Of a stretch of DNA of 64,000 nucleotides, positions 1 through 10,285 are shown one piece after another. The notes below the pieces were generated by a model. It was not told the DNA's origin and ran no database searches. It saw only the letters and a list, made by a program, of their open reading frames with translations. The stretch is from contig NC_044034.1 of assembly GCF_901765095.1 (NCBI RefSeq), positions 62,562,339 to 62,626,338 on the forward strand, given 5' to 3'. This stretch comes from Microcaecilia unicolor (lineage: Eukaryota). Every line of letters starts with the position of its first letter. Position 1 is the first letter of the stretch. A program made the translations under genes and the position numbers.

Positions 1-369
1 TGGGAACTACTTTAATACATCCCACAGATTTTGGACTGGTCTGATGAAGAAGCTAAGGAAGGAGAAATGTGGCCTTTCCTGCTAATTTTCTTTTCTTTAG
101 TTCCACCAGACCTCTCCAGATGCCCTCCCTAATATATTTCTAGTTCTTAAATTAATTTAGTATGCTTTATTATTGCTCTTCTGACTCTTTTTATCAACAG
201 TTAAACTTCAGTTTTCTCTAACAGTTTAGCTTTTTGAAGTTTTTATTAGCAGTATGTTAAATGAATATTTTTATTACAACAACTTGAGCGAAAAAGAAAA
301 CAGATGGTCCACTGTTTTGTCTTTCAAAATACTGAGCATTTAAGGCTGCACGGTGCCCTTATTAGGTGA

Positions 370-486
370 AGCATGCAGAACTTCTTTTTTTTTCTCTGTC
401 TCCATCTGCTGGTTGGCGGGCATAGCCCACAGGTTCTAGACTGGTCTGATGGAACTAAAGGAAAAAGAAGTATGAGGTAAGACCCT
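370..486 (+). repeat. R1 family copy
   Basis: …tctccatctgctggttggcgggcatagcccacaggttctagactggtctgatggaactaaaggaaaaagaagtatgaggtaagaccctaatttttcc. Confidence 0.45.
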
Positions 487-663
487 AATTTTTCCATGCT
501 GCCATTTTAAAAAACCCATTTAGCTTTGTCAGTTTTGCATAGACGTAGTAGCAATAAATCTCTCTCTTCAGATTTCTGCGTCCTCACCCCCCTCCCCCAA
601 TCCTATCACTGTTTACAAGTACCATGGAAATGTTTGACAATTATTTGAAACAATTGTTTATAG

Positions 664-750
664 GTGAAGGAAAAGGACCAGGCTCACCAGGAATACAGAC
701 AAGCTGTCAGTGAAGGCCATGGAGCTTACTTGATGGATCAGGATGCACCG
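664..750 (+). CDS. Exon of host VIT-vWA gene (start of VIT domain): VKEKDQAHQEYRQAVSEGHGAYLMDQDAP
   Basis: Polypyrimidine tract plus AG acceptor (ttgtttatag|gtg) and donor (ccg|gtgtgt). The peptide matches the VIT-domain consensus VKEKeeAxxxYxxAvxxGxsAgL. It ends in phase 0 and joins in frame to the next exon. Other frames carry stops. Confidence 0.45.
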
Positions 751-3187
751 GTGTGTATTTCTGTAAATGTGTTGATTTTTTACATTGTTGAGATAAAATC
801 CTAATCTAAGATTGTGATCTGAACTAATACCTGTTTTGGAACTAGAGCTGTAATAGGGCAACGATATTGAGATTGTACCACTGGAAAACATTTTTGTCTG
901 TAGTTGATGCTTTCAATTAGTAGATTGTGGAGATCATTTCAGAAGCTTTGAACAGCATCTACACATGTCAATTGTTGTTTACCTATATGTACAATCTAGA
1001 AGTATAAATATAACTATCTTAGAATGCCACTGTTTACATGTATAGATGGCCCAGGATGCCAAGATTCAAAGCGGTTGTGTTAGGTGTGGTTTGGAAAAAT
1101 ATGCACATACCATATATACTCTATTAGAAGTCAGTGTCATGTAAAAGTCAAATTTTAAAACTAAAAATATAGACAGAAACGCTGTGACCCAAGTATACAT
1201 AGAGGCTCCCCTCCAGCCCTTCCTCCCTCACCTGGATCAGCACCTCTCTCTCTCTCTCTTCTACCTCCAGGATCCAGAATTTTTTTTTTCTCTCTCTCTG
1301 AATAAAGTTACATGGATGAGATCTGTTCAACTTTAAAACTTGCTATTTGTGCAGAACCACTAAAACAGATAAGTTTAGCTGCTATGGGGCTGGCTACTAA
1401 GCCGCATTAAAATCTTGCATTTTACTGCAGCTCAATTTAACATGAAAGTTACTAACTTGCGGCAACTTAGTACCAAGGTTAGTGACTCTAGTGATAATTG
1501 CAAATTGCTGTATTTATTTAACTTTACAAGCTGTGTTATTCTTCTTCCAGGAGTATTGGTCTGGTAGCACGTAGCCCAGTGTTCCCAGAAAGCCTTTCTT
1601 AAAGGAGCCAGTGCCTTTCTAAATCATTGCTGACCACCCTGCCCCCTAGTCAAGACCTCCAATTCCACCAGGACATACTTCCAGTCTGGATTCTCCCCCC
1701 CCCCCCTCACGTGTCACCCCATAGACTCTCTTTTCCTCCAAGAAGTCCACCCAATTCCCCCCCCCCCCATCCCACCACAGGCCTACCTCAAGAACTCTGG
1801 TGGTTTAGGGTTATGGGAACAGGAGCAATATCCAGGTTTTCCTGCCCCCTCCAGCACCAGGTTCAAAATGACACTAGTTGAACCCTAGCAGTAGTACCAT
1901 GGTAGCATGAACCTCTTGTAGTAGTACTGCTACACTACCACTAAGGTTCTGCTGGCACCATTTGGAACCCAATGCTGGAGGGGACAGGAGTGGCTGGAGA
2001 TCACGCCTACCCTATAACCGTAGGCCACCAGGGAGTTCTTTAGGTAGGCCTGTGGGTAGGGTTGGGGAGGTTCTTCTGTAGGGGTTGAGGGGGGAGGAGA
2101 GTCCATGTGCTGAATTCATATAGGGGTAGGAGGCTTTGGACTGGGGGTTTGGAGAGGAAGTATTCTGATAGGGTGGGATTTTTAACGGGAGGGGGGGAGG
2201 AGTTAAAAATTTGTAAAGATATTGGGCCATATGTTAGCAGCCCAGTGCTCCTAGACAGGATATAAGGCCAGCTTTGAGCAGGGATTATTTTTCTAGAAAT
2301 AATTAAGACTGTGAAGTACTTCAAGCTGTGTTATTCAATTTGCATAATAATGAGGCATTTTGTATGCTTTGCATTTCATTATGCAACCTTTGATGACTTA
2401 ACCTAATGTGCCTTATGGCAAAATAACACATGCTTTTGCTATTAACACACAAGAGGCAAATATGTGTTATACAGCTACCTTACTTAAAAAGATAATTTTT
2501 TAGCTAGCCCCAGAATGCCCACAGCTATGTGTAGGGTAATTTTACAATGGCATTTTTGCATGCGTATGCCAGTATACATGCAAAAATGCCGTTTATAAAA
2601 TTGCCTTGCATGTACAAGTAGGCACATACTTGTATGCAACACTGATGTAGGTGTGTACTGTGGCAAGAGTGGGTGGAACATAGTCAGAGTTAGTTTGCAT
2701 ATGTCATTTTTAAAATGCCTGAGATCAGGCCTATTATATGTATGTGCATTTACACTAGCTCTCGAGCTGTGTAAATGTATGCACATTAATTTTTCTCACA
2801 ATGTCTGCAGGATTTCTGCTAGTATTTTTATAAAGACACATAGGTTCCTATGAGCCTTTATAAAGTAGGCTACAAAAGAGGTGCCTGCTTGGCCTTCGCA
2901 TATAAACAACTTTTAATAATATTACCTTGTTAATGATTTAAATGATTAAAGTTATCTGTATAAGTAGCATTTTTTTTCAAATGCAGTCAACCACGCTGCC
3001 GACCGTATACGTGATTTTAAATATTGCCCCCATGATGCCCAGTTATTCATTTCACAGAATTGTTCTGGGAGGAATGAGGTTGAGGTGATTGTGATTAAAT
3101 TTAATTATCAAAATCTCAGGGGGAGGACCTGGTGATTTAAAAATTGAAGGCAAAAAAGGAGGTAAAAAATCCTCACGACACCGTGAA

Positions 3188-3822
3188 GATGAAACAAAAA
3201 AGTGAGGAGAATGGATGAGGATACCAACTGTTTTATATTTATTCACTTAAAAAATTCACTTAAAAAATTACATGTGCATAAACAGCGACCCGACACGGCC
3301 GTGTTTCGGCACAATGGCCTGCTTCAGGGGTCTTTATAACCTTGAATGATGTAGTTTAGAATGTTTGTTCCAAGGGAAATAACAGGAAACAAATCTCTCT
3401 GGTCTCCTCTCTTCAAAAATAATATATATGAAATATATATATTTTTTTAAAAACGAGCATCTAAATACTCCTCTCCTAAGAGTTATCGGCAAATTGTGAA
3501 AAAGCTTTTTCACAATTTGCCGATAACTCTTAGGAGAGGAGTATTTAGATGCTCGTTTTTAAAAAAATATATATATTTCATATATATTATTTTTGAAGAG
3601 AGGAGACCAGAGAGATTTGTTTCCTGTTATTTCCCTTGGAACAAACATTCTAAACTACATCATTCAAGGTTATAAAGACCCCTGAAGCAGGCCATTGTGC
3701 CGAAACACGGCCGTGTCGGGTCGCTGTTTATGCACATGTAATTTTTTAAGTGAATTTTTTAAGTGAATAAATATAAAACAGTTGGTATCCTCATCCATTC
3801 TCCTCACTTTTTTGTTTCATCG
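3188..3822. repeat. Perfect or near-perfect 635-bp palindrome (arms of about 317 bp, centre about 3505), flanked by a 16-bp direct repeat GATTTAAAAATTGAAG (3134-3149 and 3823-3838)
   Basis: Read directly from the sequence: 3188-3505 is the reverse complement of 3506-3822. The loop is AT-rich. This is a foldback-type element or a hairpin-forming duplication. Confidence 0.75.
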
Positions 3823-4124
3823 ATTTAAAAATTGAAGCATTGGTGCAAGGCTATAGGTTTGCTTAGAGTGCCAAATACCCTTGCACTAGCTCTGTGTATT
3901 CTTAAGTTGAATGATTATATCTTCAGGAGGTCAGGCGTGGGTTTTTTTTGTTGTTTTTTTTAGCCTGCCTTCACAGGGTGTTAATGGAAAAAAATCAGAA
4001 TTTTGAGAAAAACTTTCTACATACAAGGTCATTGACATTGATTATAACATAAGCAGATAAATCATACTGGTTTGGTAGTACTGTGCTAAAATGTGAAATC
4101 TTTAAGCAAGTTCTTGTTTTGTAG

Positions 4125-4289
4125 GATGTTTTTACTGTAAGTGTTGGAAACTTGCCAGCAGAAGCTACAGTTCTGATCAAAATCACTTATATCACTGAGC
4201 TGAGTATGCAGCATGGATCTGTATGTTTCCACATACCTGCTGCTGTGGCACCTTGGCAACAGGACAAAGCACTGAAGGAAAATACACAG
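4125..4289 (+). CDS. Exon of host VIT-vWA gene (VIT domain): DVFTVSVGNLPAEATVLIKITYITELSMQHGSVCFHIPAAVAPWQQDKALKENTQ
   Basis: Acceptor tttgtag|gat, donor cag|gtttgt, 165 nt. One frame is open and the other two have stops. The FxVSVxxxxxxxxxVxIxYxEL pattern is typical of VIT domains. Confidence 0.6.
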
Positions 4290-4593
4290 GTTTGTGTAAT
4301 GTGGAACTAGAGAGGTAATTTCTACAGGAAGACCTTTTGTAGCTGCAGGACTGTCTGATTGGAGGCAGCAAGATGGCTTACTGTGCCATTTTGTTTTATG
4401 TTTCTTTGATGAAGTTTTGCTCCCAAGTCACGGCCTGGCACCTAATTACTTTTCTCACTGACTGTGTGTCAATCTCTTTATTTGTTTGAAAACCTTAAAA
4501 CTATTCTTAGTCATGTAGCAAAACCCCCTGTTCTGAAGTGACTTCTGCTGCTTTAGGGTAATTGATTAAACATTGGTGTATTATTTTTCACAG

Positions 4594-4644
4594 GACACTG
4601 TAGAGAAGGTTTATATTAAAGAAGGATGGGCACAAAAAGGGCAA
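4594..4644 (+). CDS. Small exon of host gene (DTVEKVYIKEGWAQKGQ); reading phase ambiguous
   Basis: Acceptor tttttcacag|gac, donor caa|gtaatt. With this acceptor the exon is phase 0-0, which does not join in frame to the next exon. An alternative acceptor at tgtag|agaagg (start 4604) does restore frame continuity. The boundary is uncertain. Confidence 0.35.
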
Positions 4645-4776
4645 GTAATTAAAAAAAATATGTATTTACATGCTGTGACAGTTTGTCACTATTTCAAAAT
4701 AATGTATATTGTGAATAGTTCAGCCAAATGATTTGGCGCTTTGTGAGTTATATGTGTTTTCTCTTTTGCTGTTCAG

Positions 4777-4858
4777 GGCATTCTCTTTGGATATGTCTGT
4801 TGAAATGCCGTACAAGATTGAATTCATTTACAGCCTAACACACAACATCAAAATAAAG
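4777..4858 (+). CDS. Exon of host gene (VIT domain): (K)AFSLDMSVEMPYKIEFIYSLTHNIKIK
   Basis: Strong acceptor ctcttttgctgttcag|g, donor aag|gtaagt. The open frame starts at 4778, so the first nucleotide completes a split codon. Confidence 0.55.
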
Positions 4859-5493
4859 GTAAGTGAAGATCCTTTGCAACTGCAAAATAACTATTTCTAA
4901 GCATATTCTACCTTGATATTTTTACATAATTTAAGATTGTGGAAAACACTGATAAAATTATTAGAAAATGTGTTCAGTTAGAATTGTTGGGCCTGACGTT
5001 CATCCTGTGGTAGTCAGCATTTTTTAAGCCACTGAAAGCTGTGGGCAGAGTTAAGACTGGATATTCATTGCTGGACTGTCAAGTCTTTAGAGGAGGAGGA
5101 GTAGGCTAATGGTTAGTGTAATGGGCTTAGAACCAGGGGAACCCTGCGATGCAGCTCCTGAGCACATACACTTATCTAGGCAGGACATTTGCATCTTCTA
5201 ATTTGTGTGTTTACTTGCAAACTCCATAATCATGTAATTGCATGTACTTTTATGCCACTCCGTATTTTATAAGAGGCTTGTTACTTGCATATGTGGCCAC
5301 ATATGCTTGGAAATTACTTTACAAATTTACCTCCAAAGTGTGCTTCTCAGTTATTAACATCAGAATTAGCACATCTCTGTTGTTTGCATACCAGCTATAT
5401 TATATAAGGAAGTCTCGTGGAAAATCACATAATACGCAGAAAGTTATCATTTTGTGAAAGTTATTCAGTTTTATTCCTCATTTGTTCTTTTAG

Positions 5494-5631
5494 AAAACAG
5501 AGTGTAAAGCTGTGATCAGCACCTGCAAGGACTCTTCATTAGACAGTGATGGCTTTGATTTACGTATATGCATGTGTAAAGCCCACCCTCCCAGAATGTG
5601 GGTGGAAAAGCACCCAGAGCATGAGAGTGAG
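5494..5631 (+). CDS. Exon of host gene (end of VIT region): KTECKAVISTCKDSSLDSDGFDLRICMCKAHPPRMWVEKHPEHESE
   Basis: Acceptor tttgttcttttag|aaa, donor gag|gtaata, 138 nt, single open frame, phase 0-0. Confidence 0.55.
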
Positions 5632-6090
5632 GTAATACTTATTCTTGACAAGATCTTCAGTGTATAAATTGGATTAGCTCACTTGGTCTATGATGCTGTT
5701 CTCAGAAATTGCTGAGGTGGGGACTGTGAGTAAATATTATTTATCCCAGGTTTCCTGTAAGCCTCTCATATGGTAAATGATTACTTCGTCCTGAGAGTAA
5801 AGTTGCAGAAAATTTTTGCATCCACCATGCATTAACTGCAAAAGGTAAGGCATATTAGGTGCACCCCTCTGTGGTTTTCAGCTTTTTTGGGGAGGGCTTC
5901 TGTGCAGTGGCATGGTAGATAATGTGGATTATAGTTATCTGTGCAACAGTTAATATTGCAGGGTCATCCACTATGTTAACTACCTCAAGAAAACTGCCCA
6001 TTCCCCCACCCCAAAATGACATTTCCCATGTTAGCTGTTTACTGTGGCAATTAGCATGGGGTGCTTCCTGCATTAATCAGCTAACTCAGC

Positions 6091-6395
6091 TTCAGTGGCG
6101 TACCAAGGTGGGGGCAGTCCACCCCGGGTGCACGCTGCTGGAGGGGTGCCGCGCGCCTGTCGGCTCCGCTCGTTCCGTGCTCCCTCTGCCCGGGAACAGG
6201 TTACTTCCTTTTCTGGGGCAGAGGGAGCATGGAACGAGCGAAGCCGACAGGCGCGCAGCACTCTTCTTCCCCCCTCCCCCCCAGCAGGTAAAAATGCACC
6301 CGGGGGGAGGGGGTGTCCTTTCGCCGGGGTGGTGGGGGTGTCGCACCCGGGGGGGGGGGGCACATTGGCGATCTGCCACCCTAGGAACGCCACTG
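6091..6395. mobile_element. hAT-like MITE (305 bp) with about 25-bp TIRs (CAGTGGCGTACCAAGGTGGGGGCAG / ctgccaccctaggaacgccactg) and an 8-bp TSD CTCAGCTT
   Basis: The TIRs are reverse complements. CTCAGCTT occurs at 6083-6090 and 6396-6403. The GC-rich interior has an additional 40-bp hairpin (6150-6255). The six-frame ORFs at 5922-6484 are artefacts of this element. Confidence 0.65.
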
Positions 6396-7689
6396 CTCAG
6401 CTTAGTAAAGAGCTCTCTAAAAGTGCCTGAGATGTTTGCTATGTCCTGGCCTTTTTGTTGTCTGTTTGTATGCAAATAAAGCACTGCTTAGCGTGTGCCT
6501 CTCTGCATTGGTAAATATTAGTGGACCTCTGACACTGTGAGGCAGATGCATGAAAGAAACTTAGAAGAACCGAAAATGTAAAGGTCCACGTTACAAGATA
6601 CCGATTATGAAAAATTGACAGATGCTCATAACAAATTGCATGCAAATGAGCCGCTCGGTAATACAAAAAGGTCAATGCATGAAAGTCTCGCTAACCTGTT
6701 GAAATTCAAGGTAGCGGTGTAGCAAACACATGTGCACAATAGTCATTCGCTAAGCACACAGCAAATACTATAGCTGTTGTACGCATGTCTAAGTAGATCG
6801 CATCATAGACGTGCATCCTGGGCATGTGAGATAGACGTCACTTGTAAGCAGAGCCTTATAGGCCACGGTCCGTGCGTGATTTTTTAATAGCTGTGCAGAT
6901 GGTTACCGTATGCTGTGCCACATTGCTTGCATCCCGTTTTTTTGAGGTGGTTTCACATTTTCATTGGTGAGTGTGGAGGGAGGGAGGAAGGGACAAAAAA
7001 ATGGCAAAAATACTTACAGATCTCGGGTACGAAGACCGCCTATTGAAGAGGTGCTGCAGCACTTCCCAGCCCTCGTCTATTCTTATTATGTTTCTCCTCT
7101 TCCCCTGTTGGGGGAAGAGGCACTTCTCATTTATATAACTATGAGCTGCGTAAGCCAGAGCACATCTGTGTTGGAGAAGTTGGGCTTTCTCCTGCAGGGA
7201 CCATGTGCAGCCATGGCTTCTCCAAGACGGATGTACACATACGCACATATGCGTGAATGTCAATGACAGTGCTTATGCACGCACTTTATGGATGTGTTTA
7301 TGTTGACGGCAGATGACAGCTCTCTGGAGTTATCGGCAGCCCCTGAGCACCCATTAAATATATCACGTTAAAGGTATGCAGACCTTTCTGTGCATTGCCT
7401 GTAAATGGCTGTGCATCATGCGTTGCCATCATTTAAATGAGAACCACATAATTGCAATACATTTGCACAGCTTTTTTGTTGCGCATTTGCGAGTGTGGTA
7501 AACAGGTTGCTGTAGACTTTTGCACATTCATCGCTAGATACCGTGGTCACTAAGCCAGTTGAAACTGGCTCAAAACAATTGTCCCGGCACGGTGAGTTTG
7601 ATGCAAAATTACAAATAATGAAGCATGGGCCATCGTATGGCATAGCTGTGATCCACCACAGCACAGGAGGCCTGTGTTTTGGGCTCTAG

Positions 7690-7835
7690 TTCATCAGGGT
7701 AAACAGCCAAAATGTATACTTCCATTAAGTTACTTCCCACTATTTCAGGACGTGTGGGCAGTTCTGTCCATCGACCAGCAGGTGGAGATAGAAAACTCAG
7801 AACTGAGCTGTCCCATATACACTCAGCCAGCCAGC
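7690..7835 (-). repeat. R1 family copy (minus)
   Basis: Reverse complement of 14800-14900. Confidence 0.5.
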
Positions 7836-9557
7836 CCAGTTCTCCAGTATTTTCTGTTTCCATCAGGAAAAATGGACATGCATACTTTTCTGCTCCTGGT
7901 TCTGAGGCCCTGCTCCTGGCCAGTTAGTCAACTGGTCTCCCAGTCAAGCTTGGCGGGTAAAGGTCTAGTGGGAGTCATATCTGGTGGTTCCAGATCCCTG
8001 TCTCTGTTCCCCATAGAACCCTCCCCTCTCTGATTTGCCCTCTTCTCTCTCTGGTCCCGCAGAACCCTGCCCTCTTTGTTTTCCTCTCTGCTCTCTAGTG
8101 CTGCCGGACAACATTAAAGCGGTATTAAAAAAAAAAATAAAGAAAAAAGGGCTCTCTTTATCACAGCAGCTTCCTGGGACACGGAACAGGCATTGCAGGA
8201 CTGTACTCCTGTGCAGCTCTGGGACAGCCCCCAGTCGGGGGGCTGTGAGGTGAGAGGTTTTTCAGGGGTGACAGTGGACTGGGGGGTACCCTGTATTGGA
8301 ACGGCAGTGGAGAAGCACTGGGGGCCGATTTCGGCAGTTTGAAAGAAAAGAAAGGCATGATGTCTGCTCTCCTGGCGTTTTCTACCACGGTGGGGGAAGT
8401 GCTCCTGACGGTCAAGGACTGCAGAGGTTGGGTGTGGCTTCCATCTAGCATGCTTCTGTTTGCTCCTGGCCTGGGGCTACAGTTGAGTGGCTGCTTCTTC
8501 CATGGGCTGCGGCTCCCCTGCCTTTGGCAGTGCTGGGTCAACGCTGGGATCAGTCCCGGTAATGCCGTGTCCCTGCCTTATTTGCTTGCCCTCCTCGGTG
8601 TGCCTTGGAGGGCTGGCGTGCCACTAGTTCTAGTTAAAAAAACAAAAAAACAAACACCCTCAAGATAGTCGCGTGAGCTGGGCTGCTTGTCTCCATCCGG
8701 CACTTTGTCTGGGTTCTTTGGGGGCTGTTGGCATTCCTGGAGGTTTGCTCTGCTGGTCCCCTTTGGGTCACTAAGTCAACCCGTTGCACCTCCCCCCCCC
8801 CCCCCCCCTTTTGGACCACTTGAAGTGTCTGTGCCTTCTCCTGGTCTGTCTATGCAGTCGCCCTCTGGGGCTGCGGTAGTCGCACAAGGGCTTCAGCCTC
8901 TTGTAATTTGTCCCCGATGTGGTCTTCTCCTTGGTCTTCAGGGGTCCTTGTTTCTTCGTTGTGAAGGTCTCTGACCACCGGCAGTCTCTTTGCTCAGGGC
9001 TGCCGTGGTCTCTTAGAGCTTAGGTCACAGACCTCTCATACTTTTCGGGATAGCAGCAGTAGCCTCCTTTCTGGGGACATTTTTTTTTCCTGTATGTGTC
9101 TGTGGCAGCAGCCACTTCTATTCCACAGAGTGTACTTCTCTGCACCTCTAGGGTGTTTTTTTTCTGGAGAGTCTCAGCAGCTTCAGCTGTTTTCTCTGTT
9201 GAGAGTTGCAGATGCCTCCTGGTTTTCACCGGTACGGCAGTCTCCTCTCTTTGGGATTGCGGGCGCCTCCTGGGCTTTGCAGCCTTGGCAGTCTCCCCTC
9301 TGCAGAGTTGCAGATGCCTTTGGGGCTGCACTGCTGCGGCAGTCTCCTTGCTTCTGAGTGGCGTACCTCTCCTGGTCCTCTCGGCCACAGCAGCCTCCTT
9401 TTGGGTGGAGTTGCAGATGCCTAGGGGCATCACAGCTGCGGCAGTCTCCTCTTCGGAATTGCAGACGCCTATAGGGCTTCATAGCCACAGCAATCTCCTA
9501 TATGAAGTTGCAGACACCTCCCGGGCGTCACAGCCATGGCAGTCTCCTCCTTTGGAG

Positions 9558-9745
9558 TAGCCTAGTGGTTAGTGCAGCGGACTTTGATACTAGTGAACTG
9601 GGTTCAATTCCCAGTGCAGCTTCTTGTGACTCTGGGAAAGTCACTTAACCCTCCATTGTCCCAGGTACAATAAGAACCTGTATATACTATGTAAACCGCT
9701 TTGAATGTAGTTGCAAAATCCACAGAAAGGCGGTATATCTGGTAC
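9558..9745 (+). mobile_element. tRNA-derived SINE copy (A-box/B-box GGTTCAATTCCCAG, core CTTGTGACTCTGGGAAAGTCACTTAACCCTCCATTG, LINE-like tail)
   Basis: It has a tRNA-like head with a B-box-like GGTTCAATTCC. The same family recurs at 10098-10285, 54075-54265 (+), 26560-26700 (-) and, diverged, at 49996-50112. Confidence 0.6.
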
Positions 9746-10097
9746 CAGTCCCTCCCTCCCGGTATTCACAGCCACGGCAGTCTCCTCTCTTTGGGATTGC
9801 GGGCGCCTCCTGGGCTTTGCAGCCTTGGCAGTCTCCCCTCTGCAGAGTTGCAGATGCCTTTGGGGCTGCACTACTGCGGCAGTCTCCTTGCTTCTGAGTG
9901 GCGTACCTCTCCTGGTCCTCTCGGCCACAGCAGCCTCCTTTTGGGTGGAGTTGCAGATGCCTAGGGGCATCACAGCTGCGGCAGTCTCCTCTTCGGAATT
10001 GCAGACGCCTATAGGGCTTCATAGCCACAGCAATCTCCTATATGAAGTTGCAGACACCTCCCGGGCGTCACAGCCATGGCAGTCTCCTCCTTTGGAG

Positions 10098-10285
10098 TAG
10101 CCTAGTGGTTAGTGCAGCGGACTTTGATACTAGTGAACTGGGTTCAATTCCCAGTGCAGCTTCTTGTGACTCTGGGAAAGTCACTTAACCCTCCATTGTC
10201 CCAGGTACAATAAGAACCTGTATATACTATGTAAACCGCTTTGAATGTAGTTGCAAAATCCACAGAAAGGCGGTATATCTGGTAC
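10098..10285 (+). mobile_element. tRNA-derived SINE copy (duplicate within the higher-order repeat)
   Basis: Identical to 9558-9745. Confidence 0.6.

Noticed and set aside
5922-6484. Overlapping 100-185 aa ORFs on both strands (5922-6479, 6073-6393, 6092-6484, 6095-6430)
   Set aside because: They lie inside a GC-rich hAT-like MITE with internal hairpins. The ORFs are mirror images of one another and have no protein-like composition.
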